NCBI RefSeq assembly: GCF_009914755.1
Contig: NC_060927.1
Strand: one strand, 5' to 3'
From: the human T2T-CHM13v2.0 reference genome, Homo sapiens
Length of the DNA stretch: 64,000 nt
Of this stretch, positions 1 through 20,194 are shown one piece after another (the stretch's first letter is position 1; each line of letters begins with the position of its first letter). The notes beneath the pieces are model-generated. The model saw nothing but the letters and a program-made list of their open reading frames with translations, was not told the origin of the DNA and did not search any database. A program made the translations under genes and the position numbers.

Positions 1-895
1 GTGGTCTACACTGGATTCCAATTGTTAGTTTTTATTTGCTTACAAGTTATTTCTCCTGACAAAGGCTATATTTAGCTGAACTATGTGATTTGATTTGCAA
101 ATCCTACTCCCTCACACACACATATTTAAGTAATTGTTTCAAACAAAGGTTCACCCTCATCCACTTTGTAAGGCAGGCTGAAGGTATAAGTAAAGTGGGT
201 GTAGCTGTGTTTGTTTCTGCACTTTAAGAAGTCCTTTAATATGAATAGTTAAGCAAATTCCTGTAGGTGAAAAGTATTCCTATCATCTGGCTTATGTGTT
301 TGATTTCCTTACAGTGCAAATAGACAAAGCCCTTCAGAAAGCCACCCACACAGAGTAAAACTGCTATGATAGGGTTCATTGCTTCTTTTGTTGTTGTTTC
401 AGTGAAAATGATTCCAAAAGATGGGCATAAGCTAAATACAACTCCCCAGTAAATGAAAGTGTGCCATCATGCTAATTGGAACAAACCTGTAGCACAGTTT
501 AAACCAGCAGAAAAGCTGTTCAGTGCAGCATCCCTGAACCTAAAGTCAGAAGATGAGGGAGTCTGGCCCGAGTCCTCCCCTTTGCTTGCTGAGTGGCACT
601 GCTTAAATAGCTTAACTTCTCTGAGTCTCCTTTGTGAAACTGGGTTATACTTAATGACCTTTATTGTTCCATGTAGCTACTTTCTAAATTCAACAATCAA
701 AACGTTTTAATTACATTCTCTCTTTACATATTGATATATTCTTGGGTACTGGGTTTCAAGATGTGTATACTTCTTAGTGAGCAGAATAAGCATATTATAT
801 ATATCGGGGTTTTTTTCTCCTTTAATCACATTCCATTTGTTACCCTCAATACCTTAATTTTTTGTCATCCAAGTTGCTGCTTTTTCTTGCTATAT

Positions 896-1269
896 TGTAT
901 TAGTTTGCTAGGACTGCTGTAACAAAATACCACAGAATGAGTGGCTCTAACAATTGAAATTTGTTCTCACAGTTCTGAAGTCCAAGATCAAGGTGCCAGC
1001 AGGGCTGGTTTCCCCTGACACCTCTCTCCTTGACTTGTGGATGCTCTTCATATGGCCATCCCTCAGAGCACCCTTACCCCTCGTATTTTTCTGTGTGTCC
1101 AAATTTTCTCTTGTTATAAGGACACCAGTCATATTGGATTAGGGACCAACCGTATTACCTCTTTTTACCTCTTCAAAGTCCCTATCTACAAATACAGTCA
1201 CATTCTGAGTTACTGGGGGTTAGGTCTTCAACACATTGAGTTTTAGGGAGACAGAATCAGTCCATAACA
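896..1269 (-). mobile_element. MaLR solo LTR, MLT1B-like
   Basis: Reverse complement reads TGTTATGGACTGATTCTGTCTCCC...ATGTGTTGAAGACCTAACCCCCAGTAACTCAGAATGTGACTGTATTTG...CCAATATGACTGGTGTCCTTATAA, matching the recalled MLT1B consensus; TG...CA termini. Confidence 0.8.
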
Positions 1270-1299
1270 TATGTAATCTTTTAAAAAATTATTACTTTT

Positions 1300-1465
1300 T
1301 ATCTTATTTATTTTTAAAATTTTATTTATTTAAAAATTGCATTTTAGTAAAGATGGAGTCTTGTTATGTTGACCAGGGCTGATCTCGAACTCTTGGGCTC
1401 AAGATATCCTCCTGCCTCAGTCTCCCAAAGTGCTGGGATTATAGGTATGAGCCACTGCACCAGGC
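1300..1465 (-). mobile_element. Alu monomer (FLAM-like)
   Basis: Single Alu left arm in reverse (ctcccaaagtgctgggattataggtatgagccactgcac) with a T-rich tail on the left. Confidence 0.8.
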
Positions 1466-1962
1466 TTATAGCATATATATTCTAAGTCTTCTTTATATTA
1501 ATATAGACTTTATCAAATAACATTTTAGCATCATTTAAAAATATTTTATACTTTCAATATAATAATCAACATATACTTCTTCTAAACAGACTTTAAATAG
1601 TCATCATAATTTTAATTACATGAATCAATGCTTATAAGTCTTCATGAATCCTCCTAGTAGATATGTTCATTTTTTTATACTACAATATTTTCATAATTTA
1701 TTCTTCCTTCCTTATGATACCTGAAAAAGAAATTTATTAATAGCTAGTCACTTATAAACCAGCATCCCAGAATTCCTGGTATCACCTCTAGTATGACATA
1801 ATCATATGCTCCCAATGGGTGCCTAATAAACACTTGTTAGATTAATTAATTTGATTCTTTTGACTTATAGGAGACTAAAGGCCAGGAAAAATAGAGATCA
1901 GTATCTAGGAATCAAACTACTATTCACTGCATAGCACAAAGTAACAATTCTCAAAAATTTTA

Positions 1963-2357
<395 letters not shown>

Positions 2358-3599
2358 CCTCACTCTCTTGATGTGGCCTTGTCTTCTGCACATATAAACC
2401 ATGTTTCCATCAGGGAAAATTATGGACATATAAGAGAATTGTGAAGGCAGTTTTTAGGATCTCCACAGGAATTGTTAACAGTGTTAGTGTCTCCCTCCAG
2501 GGTTTTCCTGGCCTTTCAGCGATTTGGTGAGCTTGGCTAGAATAGCCTGGTCTAACCCTGCAGAGACCCACTCAACCTCATCACTAGACAGGAGTGAAAA
2601 CCAGAGTCAGTACTCTTACTGATGTCAGAATCAAATTGGAGAGAGATTCTGGAGTCCGACATGTAAGAAAACATTTAAGAAATCCTATACCTCAACACAC
2701 AATGCTCAAGAAGTTGGGAGATTCCAAGAACAATTTCACTCAGAGGTTGGCGGTATTTGGCAAAGAATGACAGCAGTCTTGCACTGAGTACTTTACAGAG
2801 CACAGACCCACACTGCTTCAGCTCACTTCATCTCCTCAGATTCCCGAGAGAGGAGGCTCAGGAACTCTTACCATGTCCATTTGACAGAGGATGAAGCTAA
2901 GGCTCAAAGAAGGTAAGGATTACATGTGGTAAATTCAAAGTCACAGTGAATAGTTGAGTAATTGAGGAGGATGCAAACCTAAGTCTGATGACTTCCTGTT
3001 TTGCAGTGTTTTCCCTAAGTTACACCTCCTTCCCTGGGTGTCAAGCAGGAACTTGATATGTTTTGCTAATCAGTGAATCACCACCTTGCAACCATGTGTA
3101 CGGCAACTGGATGTCTTTTTTCTGGGATGATATTATCTAAACTGTTAGAGCAGATAACCTTGTGCAATCTCAATAAGACACCATGGTAAAATTTCAGAAA
3201 ATTGCATTGCCTTAGAGATACGGGCAGATTTTTTCAGAGCAATTGAATGTATTCAAAGATGTCTTAATTAAAATAAGAATAGATAATGTTAAATGTCCAT
3301 TCCCTGGAAGTAGAATAACAGGAATGTCAACTGTAAGCCACACATTTTTATATAGTCTGGTAAACTAGCAAAAAAACAAAACAAAACAAACAAACCATAA
3401 AAACCCAAAAAACAAAAAAAGTCTTGGTGTGGACAGAAACAAATAAAATAATTACCGAGTCTTTTGACTATCATCTCCCTAATGCCTAACCCAATGCCTG
3501 GAAACAGTAAGAGACCAACAATGTATTGGCTGAGGTAAGTTTATGAGTTAAGGACTTCCTAAAGTAAAGGCCTCTTCAAAAGGTTTCCCCGCTTTCACC

Positions 3600-4484
<885 letters not shown>

Positions 4485-4720
4485 TCAGTAAGATCACGGC
4501 TTTTATAGAGTGCCAAAGGAAAAGTTAATGAAGAGAAAAATAAGAAAAAATGTTTTCAGAATAACCTGGAGAGAAAGTATTCGGGCTTTAAAATAAAACT
4601 GGAGCTATATGGAAAAAGAAAGAGTGAGAGAGAAAGAGAGGGAGAAGGAGAGAGGGAAGGAGAAGAGATAGAGAAGGAGGGAGGGAGAAAAGGAGACTTT
4701 AAATTAGCTTAACAAGGTGT

Positions 4721-5022
4721 GGCTGGGAGTGGGCTTACGCCTGTAATCCCAGCACTTTGGGAGGCCGAGACAGGCAGATCACCTGAGGTCAGGAGTTTGA
4801 AACTAGCTTGGCCAACATGGTGAAACCTCGTCTCTACTAAAAATAAAAATTAGCCAGGCATGGTGGCACATGCCTGTAATCCCAGCTACTGGGGAGGCTG
4901 AGGCAGGATAATCACTTGAACCTCAGAGGCAGAGGCTGCAGTGAGCTGAAATCGTGCCACTGCACTCCAGCCTGTACGACAGAGCGAGACTCTGTCTCAA
5001 AAAAACAAAACAAAACAAAAAA
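4721..5022 (+). mobile_element. Alu (AluS-like)
   Basis: Dimeric Alu with an (AAAAC)n tail. Confidence 0.95.
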
Positions 5023-5258
5023 CAGGGTGCATGCTAAGACACCCCACTTCAAATAGTGTTTTTCGAGGTGTCTCAGCCAGTTCGGGCTACTATAACTGGC
5101 TGAGTATCATAGGCTGGGTGGCTTAAACAATTAAAATTTATTTATCACAGTTCTGGAGCCTGAGAAGTCCAAGATCAAAGTGCCTATGGATCCAGTGACT
5201 GCCATCTTTTCATTCTACGCTCACATGGTGGAGAGTAGAAGGAGAGGAAGCAAGCTCT

Positions 5259-5644
5259 TGTCACATGCATCCGTGTGACGAGACCACCAACAGGCTTTGT
5301 GTGAGCAACAAGGCTGTTTATTTCACCTGGGTGCAGGTGGGCTGAGTCCGAAAAAGGAGTCAGCAAAGGGTGGTGGGATTATCATTAGTTCTTACAGGTT
5401 TGGGATAGGCATACAAAGTACATTCTCAAGGGCAGTGAGAATATTACAAAGTAACTTCTTAAGGGCGGGCAAGAATATATCATATCAGTTAGGGTGGGGC
5501 AGGAACAAATCACAATGGTGGAATGTCATCAGTTAAGGCTATTTTCACTTATTTTGTGGATCTCCAGTTGCTTCAGGCCATCTGGATGTATACGTGCAGG
5601 TCACAGGGGATATGATAGCTTAGCTTGGGCTCAGAGGCCTGACA
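5259..5644 (-). mobile_element. HERV-H solo LTR (LTR7 family)
   Basis: Reverse complement starts TGTCAGGCCTCTGAGCCCAAGCTAAGC and ends ...GAAATAAACAGCCTTGTTGCTCACACAAAGCCTGTTGGTGGTCTC...TGACA; perfect 5-bp TSD GCTCT at 5254-5258 and 5645-5649. Confidence 0.93.
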
Positions 5645-5674
5645 GCTCTCACATCTCTCTTCTTATAAGGGCAC

Positions 5675-6060
5675 TGCCTTAGTCCCTTTGGGTTCCTATC
5701 ACAAAATGCCTGAAACTGGGTAGCATATAAACAACAGAAATTTTCATCGCACACTTCTGGAGGCTGGGAAGTTAAAGATCAAGGCTCTGGCAGATTCGAT
5801 GTCTCATGAAGGCTCATTTTCTGGTTCATAAATGATGACTTCTCACTGTGTCTTCACATGGTGAAAAGAGGGAGGCAGTTCTCTGGGTTCTCTTTTATAA
5901 GGGTACTAATCCCAATTATGAGAGTTAAGTCTCACAAAGACCCCACTTCTCAATATCATCCCCAAAGCCCCACCTCCCAATACCATCATCTTGAGGGCTG
6001 GCATTTCAACATATAAACTTGGAGGTTGGGGCGGGGGGCACAAATATTTAGACCATAGCA
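5675..6060 (-). mobile_element. Second MaLR solo LTR (MLT1A/MST-like) nested in the first
   Basis: TG...CA termini; perfect 5-bp TSD GGCAC at 5670-5674 and 6061-6065. Confidence 0.8.
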
Positions 6061-6844
6061 GGCACTAATCTCAACAATCAGGGCTCTACACTCATGACCT
6101 TATTACCTACTAAAGGTCCCACCTCCTAATATGAACATCTTAGGAGTTAGAATTTCAACATATGAATATTTGAGGGACAGAAACATTCAGGCCAAAGCAC
6201 AGAGTCTTTTCCATGGAGCCTTACAAATCAGGGAAGGAGTCAAATACAGACTTCAGCCCCCAAATCCATATCTGCCCCTCAGTTTTACATCTTCAATATT
6301 TTTAGTTTCTGGATAAGATTTTTTCTTTTAAAAAATGCCTTAGATTAAAAATAAACATAAAAGAGTGAAACTACTACCATAAAGTATGTTATACCAGGAA
6401 ATTCTTGAGAGAGATTTGCTGAAGACTGCTGATAGAAAAGGTCAGGATCACAGAAAGTGGACTATTCTCTGCCTTCTCTCAGCATCTAGGCTTCAGGTTG
6501 TAAAGAAGCTTGGGAAAGAGAGCAGAGCTAAAGCAAAGAAAACGAACATGTTCTTTAGGGAAATGTGTAACTGAACTTGGAGTTGAGGTGGTCTGGCTGA
6601 TGAGCCAGGGCTGGAAGTAGCAACAAAGAAAAGCCCTCTTCCAAAGACCATTCAAACTTTTATTTGTGGAAGTGAGTGTGCTGTGCAGTGAGTTTACAAC
6701 TTCAGAGGACACCGAGACAAGAACACAAAGGCATTCTTGGAAATAACTCAGAAAACAAGAGTTGAGAATATGTGGAATGTAGTGGGAATACAAAAGCCTT
6801 GTAGTTTTTAGTATTGGGAACAGTGGTGTGGCCTCCTTCCGGAG

Positions 6845-8079
<1,235 letters not shown>

Positions 8080-8153
8080 TTCCTACTGAGTATGACGAAT
8101 GGTTGTTGATGGTTATCACTGGAGATTGAAAACTGGGATTCCTTTTTCACCAG

Positions 8154-8277
8154 GAATTGGTGCCTACCATGGCTGGGGATACACAGTGATGGATTTGTGA
8201 CTTGCTCCTCTGAAAGCTGGCCCAAGGGTGTACAGCATATGAATGTGGGGGAGTTTACACTACACACGCTCTTGGCT
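8154..8277 (+). other. Candidate non-coding upstream exon, possibly a distal MME 5' exon; its 5' boundary could instead be a TSS
   Basis: Acceptor ttcctttttcaccag|G at 8153/8154 and donor GCT|GTAAGT at 8277/8278. Unverified recollection that MME annotations extend roughly 55 kb upstream of the CpG-island exon, which fits this distance. Confidence 0.5.
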
Positions 8278-9329
8278 GTAAGTAGTTGAGTTTCATTTTT
8301 TAAATTTATTACTAACTGCTTAACTTTAGTTGAAGCCTGAGAATCTTATCTACACTGATATAATTTATGCTGTTAGCATTTCACTTTATGCAGCTCTTAA
8401 TCCACTCCCATGCCCCAACTTGATGCTTAATTTGGTGTATGTATTGATTTATGTTGTTTTCACAAGAATAATAAATAGAGCTGGCAGTCTGAAGAGAGGA
8501 CAATAAAGTTGTAAATAAAGGAGGGGAGTAATGCCATTCAACCTTAACTTTATATATTGATATCATTCCACTTTTTCTGCTATATTATAACTGATATTAT
8601 CAACATGTGTCTATTTTATTGATACTTTTTGCACTGATCTTGCCCTGATTTGGTCATTTTTGGTGAACAATTTTAGAAATAAGAGCATAACATAGAAAAA
8701 GGGACATCTGTCGTAGAGATACATTTCCTATAAAGGTGCATACTTATGTGCACATAAAATTATATATGAATGCAGAAAATGTCTACAATGAAAAATAAAA
8801 ATGGTCCTGCCTATGGTAGAATTACTGCTGCAGGAAGTAGAGGGGAATTGGGGTGATATCTTTGGAAGCATAGGAAGGACCATCAAACAACTCAAAACCA
8901 TGCCACATGAAAAATAGCTGAAAAAGTGTGATTTTTTCAACTTGGAGAAAATAGACCCACTGAACTTAATAGCTGTCTCCAAATATGTGAAGTCTGTCTC
9001 GCAGAAAGATCAGGCTTGTTAGGTAGGGCCCCAGGGGCAGATAATGAGGGATGCATCTTCCTGAAAGGTGGAGCAGAGTATCTGCAACACTCAAACCTCT
9101 TACTCTGGCTCTGAGAGGAAAAACACCACCCAGGGTGCAGCCCAGCCTTTGCCACTATATGCCTGCCAATGGGGAGGACACATCTACTCAGCCAACTGTG
9201 CCAGTGACCAGAGATAAACTCTGATGGGTTTGTGCTTTATTCTTCTAAAATTGGTGTCAGGGTGCACAGTAAATGAATTCTGGAGAACTAGGGGAAATTT
9301 GTAGGCAAAAGTAGAGACAAAGTATGGAT

Positions 9330-9590
<261 letters not shown>

Positions 9591-9628
9591 GTAGAGACAA
9601 AGTAGATACCAAGTGGTATCAGATTTTT

Positions 9629-9893
9629 TCTTTCTTTCTTTCTTTTTTTTTTTTTTTTTTTTTGAGACAGAGTTTCACTCTGTCGCCCAGGCTGGAGTGC
9701 AATGGCACGATCTCGGCTCACTGCAACCTCTGCCTCTTGGATTCAAGCAATTCTCTCCTGCCTCAGCCTCCCAAGTAGCTGGGATTACAGGTGCCCGCCA
9801 CCATACCCAGCTAATTTTTATATTTTTAGTAGAGATGGGGTTTCACCATGTTGGCCAGGCTGGTCTTGAACTCCTGACCTCAAGTTATCTGCC
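9629..9893 (-). mobile_element. 5'-truncated Alu
   Basis: Poly(T) then reverse Alu; TSD tggtatcagattttt at 9614 and 9894. Confidence 0.95.
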
Positions 9894-10369
9894 TGGTATC
9901 AGATTTTTGCAGACTAAAAGATATCAGGTATCAGGTTTTAGCAAACCATAGAAATATTAATAATCCTAAAAAAAAGCCAAACACAGAAAGAAAGTACAGA
10001 TTCTGCCCCTCTTTTGCCAGTGTAGCCATGGACATTCTAACAGCAGTTACATTGATCTGTTCTGCTATAGGCATGCTCCATGCATTTCCCTTGGGAAACT
10101 GAAGCAAACAGGATTGAATGCTTAGGGTTTGTTTGTTTGTTGGGGTAGGGGGGTGGGTGGAGTTGTTTTAAGGAACACTCCCAGCTCAGTGTCCATTTAT
10201 CTATTCATTGAGGCCCTCACAACTTGTCAGTCAGGAAACTCAAATGGGTTAAAAAAATGAACTCTGGAGCCAAGGTGCTAGGGTTTAAATCCCACTTCTA
10301 CCACTGAATGGCTTTTTTTATTGTTATTATCACTAGTCCCTCAAGGTCAAAGACAGAGTTAGATCACTA

Positions 10370-10750
<381 letters not shown>

Positions 10751-10949
10751 CTAGTATCTGAGTGTGATTCTTCATAAATAAAGCTGTAGAAACACAAATG
10801 TCCAGAAGCAGGTTGATGATGTTTCCTAACCTCTTTTTCCTTTATGTCTTTAAACAAAACAAGAGTTTACAATAGATTTGCTACTTTATTCTGTCTATCT
10901 ACTCAGACAGTAATAATAATTTTAACAAGCATTGATTCAAATATTAAAT

Positions 10950-12440
10950 TACCCAATAGATCTATTTAGCCTGGGTATTTTGCAAGCACCTCAATTTCAA
11001 CATCCCAGAAACTGAAGTCTCAAGCTTCTCTTTGCATTTCTAATATTTGTCAATATACTTAGACATTTCCAAAATCATTTTTGGTTTGGCAGTGCTACCC
11101 TGCTAAATTTTTCTCAAATCCATCTCTTCCTTGGACTCATTTCAGAACTGCCCTGAGTCAGGGCTTCTTGATATATTGCCTGGATTCCTGCTCTAATCTC
11201 TCAATGCTTCCTGTCTCTCTCTTCTCTTGTACGTAACACTTCCCTCATCTACACAACCATAAGGAAGAGCTCTCTAAAATGCAGATCTGATCTTACACTC
11301 CTATTTCCTGTAAAGTCTAAAGCCCTGGGCAAGGTTTTTATGGTTCTTCAAGGTTCCAATTTATCTTTCTAGTCCTGCTCACTCCCTGCTGTGCTTGTTC
11401 AGCCTTAAAGGCTATTAGCGGATTTCTCCCAACCACCTTCCCTGCCCTCAGCACATACAGAGTGCCAGGGCCCTTCTGGGCCTTTGCTCATGCTACTTGC
11501 TTTATCTGAGTGCTCTTCCTCCTTTCCCTGATCTGAAAACCTCTATTCAATCTTAAAGGCCCAGCTCAAATATTACTGTTGTTAAATTTCTTTGTGTTAG
11601 GATTTCTTCTATAGAATCCCTTAACAGTAGGCTTAGATAGAATTTTAGCATTTTAATAGCATTAAAGGTATAACTGGCTAAAAGGCAACAGATTAAAAAC
11701 ACACAAATAGTTTACTCTGACAATGAGATTAGGTGCTTTTTAAACTATATGATTTATAGTTTTATGCATTTTAACCTTCACAGCTAGCCCAATCCTAAGC
11801 ACATAATAGATACTCAAAAAGTTTGTTGACTGAATAAATGAAATAAATCTTTTACCTCAAATATATTAATATTTTTACTTTTCATCAGCACAATCAAATA
11901 GAGATGTACTTTTTTGCCTTGTATTATCTGTTTACTAATTTCTAGCAATCTATTCATGCATGGGTAAATGTAACCCTAAAGAGAGAATTCTGCCTTCTTT
12001 TTAAAATGGGAATGGACTCAGTGAAAGGAAAGGGGTGAGGACCATCATTTATTCATTCATTTGATGCCTATTATCATGCACCTTTCTAGGCTCTGGAGAT
12101 TTAGTGAAACAGACAACATTTCTACTCTCCAGGATCTTCTCTTCTATAAAGATAGGACAGAAGAGAAACAAGTAAACAGACAAATAAGTTAATTGTGTTT
12201 AGTGATAAGGACTAAGAGAACCATAAAATGGATTAATGTGGCACAACCTAATTAGAAATGGGGAATACATGAGATTGGGTGGTTACCTTGCCAATGAAGT
12301 GAGAGCTGCATGTTGAAAGGAGCCAGCCATGTAATAATCTGGGAATAGAGAGGACAGTTAGGGTAAAGCCTAAGGACAGGAGTGAGGAAAAGGCAGGAGG
12401 CAATGTGGCTGCTCATTATTAGCAAGGGGATCACCTGGTG
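10950..12440. mobile_element. Several degraded L2 fragments in both orientations
   Basis: L2-like motifs such as ctttgctcatgct...aaggcccagctcaaatatt, tttgttgactgaataaatgaa and catttattcattcatttg...ctctggagat; boundaries approximate. Confidence 0.5.
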
Positions 12441-12695
12441 TAGCAGATGCTGTACTACCTGCTTTCCACATTTCTACGTTTATGTCTGATTATATCTTCA
12501 GAAGGCTAGCCACACTTTATAGATGGAGGAACAGATCATCAGAGCAAGATAGCAGACTTTTCCAAGTCTTGTATCTTGGAAATGAAAGGTGTAATTATTC
12601 TAAATGAATTCTGACTGTCTCAGAAGTTTAGGATCAAACGTCAGGCTAAAGTAAAATGATTTTTGGTAGCATTACATCTTTATTGTCAATTGAAA

Positions 12696-17234
<4,539 letters not shown>

Positions 17235-20194
17235 ATAAACTGCTGTGAACATGATAAGAAGAAAATACAGTGAAATCCCTTAATATATTGCTGACGTTAG
17301 AATAGACAATATTGCCCACCTTCAAGTTTAAATCTATTATATTAAGCTTTTCTTTATTTGCAAGTTATATGTTTCAAAAACTGTTTTCTATTCATTCAAA
17401 ACTATGGTGGAAACTATGTAACAAGCTTCATTATAATGGAATTTTAATAGATCAAGTGAAAATGCCTATTGTTATAAATACTAATAAAGTTAAAACTCAT
17501 GGTTAGATGAGAATATCAACTACTTGAATTTTTTACAGTTTAAAGATAAAATAAGAGAGACTTCAATGTTAAAAGGCAACATTTGTTGGCTAAACATTGC
17601 TTCCTATTTGATGTTAAAACAGTCTATCAGTTCTTCAAGGCTGAACTAGCAGATTAAACAAATAAGAAAATGCATCCACCAAGCAATTGAGGGCATGTCA
17701 AAAGAGCAGGCAGTTTGTAGTGAATACAATGAACAGATATACCTATGTTTTATTAAAAAAAAATGTAGTCCATCAGGGGTCAGTAACCACCAAAAGCCTA
17801 ATTAAAATGTTGATAAAAATCCCATATAACTTTCTTCCCTTGGACCAGAATAAACTTGAGGCAATATAGAATTCAATTACACCTACACTGGGAGACATTC
17901 CTTAAACCTAAGATACCAACAGATTCAAAATTAGCGTATTATCTCAATTAATATATGCAGCACACTAGGTCAATTGCCTTAAGAAATTAGGCCACAGATT
18001 TTTAAAATGTACACAGGGAAAAAGACTACCTCCAAAGTCATTTCTAAGAAGCATGCCTTCCTCCTCAACTTAACAATAAGATGTGAGTTTTGAAGACCTG
18101 ATCTGTATACAAGATTAAAATAGAAATCCTTTACCTATATAGCAAGTACCAGAGCACTGTAGCCACAGTTCACAAAGAGGATTTGGGTGGGTGTGTTCTC
18201 TGACCATCAAAGAAACTTACCACCAGTTCATTTCTGAGTCCCAGAATGTGCTTTGGTTGTTTTCTGAGATTTATTTTCCCTCCAAGTATGCTTTTTCTGC
18301 CCAAGTGGAGATTCCCTGGCAATAATAAATAATTTCCTTTATACCTAAAAACCTCATTAGAAATACAGACCATAGTTATCAACTTGATTTTAGGAGCAAG
18401 AGGTTAGAAGTGATGTTTTCCTGGCCTTGTGCAGTCTGTCTAACTTTAGAAGAGGTACAGAGCCTTATTAACAAGGAAGAAAACAATTTACAGGGTTTTT
18501 TGAACATGGCTTCAATATCTGTGATTGATTAGATTTCAGAAGGTTAAGAGGGAATATGATGCAATTGAGATTTTTATAAAGCACAAATGAAGGAAAACTG
18601 GGTGTTTCATTTTGAAATAAACCCCCTAGGGTCTTAATAAAATATCTAGCAGTCATTACTCGATATACTCACTGCCTCTTCTGCCCCTTCCTAACAAAAC
18701 TGGAAGAAGTTTAAAGAACTTTAACATTTTACCCCATGGGTCCATGTCTGTTAGTCAGTTTGGAAATAAAGCATAAAAAATAATGAAAGAAAGTTTGAAT
18801 TTACATCCAGGATAACAAACAAGTTTCATATTTCCTGACAAATTCAATCAATTAGTGGTGGTGCCTGGAGTTCTGTGTTGAGCAGAATGGCGAAGTACAT
18901 TGGTTCAGTGAGAAAGCCACAATGGATTATTTATGTTTACCATCGACTCAGGAAGGGAATGTACCAGCACTCATACTATGCACTTGCTAAATCTGATAAA
19001 GACATTCAAAGAAATAATGGAGATGGAATGTTTATTTTAGAAATCACGATGGAGAAAAAATAAAACTTTCATACCAAAAAGGGAGAAAAGGAAAAATACG
19101 TGTGTGTGTGTTTTCCATGTAATGCTTCTAGAGTAAAGCCATTCATATATTCCTTAAGTACATATTTATTTAGTACTTATTTAATATTAATAATACTATA
19201 ATGTCTATAATATAAATATAAAATATTTCATATTTAATGTACTTACCTATAAAGCACATTAAATATAAAATGTAAATTATATATTATATATAAATAATAA
19301 AATAATAAATATGTATTAAGTGCATCATTCCAAGGTGATAGAGATATGATAGGAAACAAATTTCCCACCCTATTATCATCCATGTGATGAAAAATCAAGA
19401 AAGCAATTGAACAAGTTAAGATATTCTGGGAGTTATAATGGCTGAGAATTTTTTTAAAGCAAAGAAAGTGAACAGAGATTATGGAGGGAGTGATTTCATA
19501 TGAAATGGTCAGGGAAGGCTTCTTTAAGAAGGTGGCATTTGAAGAGAACCTGAAAGAAGTTAGTGGAAGGGCTGTGTAGATATATGGGGGGCAGGTACCC
19601 AGTTCAGGAAGGAGTGATTTGGGAGTATCCTTGACATGTTTAAGTTCAGCGTAGCTGGCCTGTAGAGAACATTAGGGAAAGTGGAAGAGATAAGGTGAGA
19701 GAAGTGGAGGGGAGAGGCTGCACCGGGGAGCAGATGATGAGGGACCTAGCTTCATTGGCCATTGTAAGAGAGGTGTCTCTTATTTTGAAACAGAAAGTTG
19801 CCAGTGGAGAGTTCTGAGCAGAGCAATGACATGGATAACTTGGCTGCTGTTGAGAAAAACTGTGGCATAAAAGGGAAAGGGTCAAAAATAAAAGAAAATA
19901 CACCACTCAGGAGGGTGCTGCAATAATCCAGGCAAAAATGATGGTACCTTGAACCAGTATAGTTGTGGTGGAGGTGATGAGAAGGGATCATATTCAGAAT
20001 ATTTTGAAGGTAAAGCAGATGGAATTTACTAATGCATTGGAGGTGAGATATGAGAGAAAGAGAAGATTCCAGGAAGACTCCAATATTTATGGCCTGTGCA
20101 ACTAGTAAAATAGATATGTCATATGTTGTGATAAGCAGAATTGTGAGAGCAGCATTTTCAGTGAAATCACTACTTAATCTTTGAATCTGTTAGA

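Larger units (their letters stand above)
5069..6199 (-). mobile_element. MaLR LTR (MLT1A-like) split by two nested LTR insertions
   Basis: MaLR sequence at 5069-5258, 5645-5674 and 6061-6199 is colinear once the two inserts are removed. Confidence 0.75.

Noticed and set aside
8990-9270. Possible ancient LTR ending in attggtgtcagggtg (PBS-like)
   Set aside because: Too degraded to define termini or family by eye.
17240-19100. Long stretch of apparently unique DNA checked for a processed pseudogene or RNA gene
   Set aside because: No recognisable protein similarity, no poly(A) with TSD, and no tRNA, snRNA or Y-RNA motif; conservation cannot be judged without alignments.
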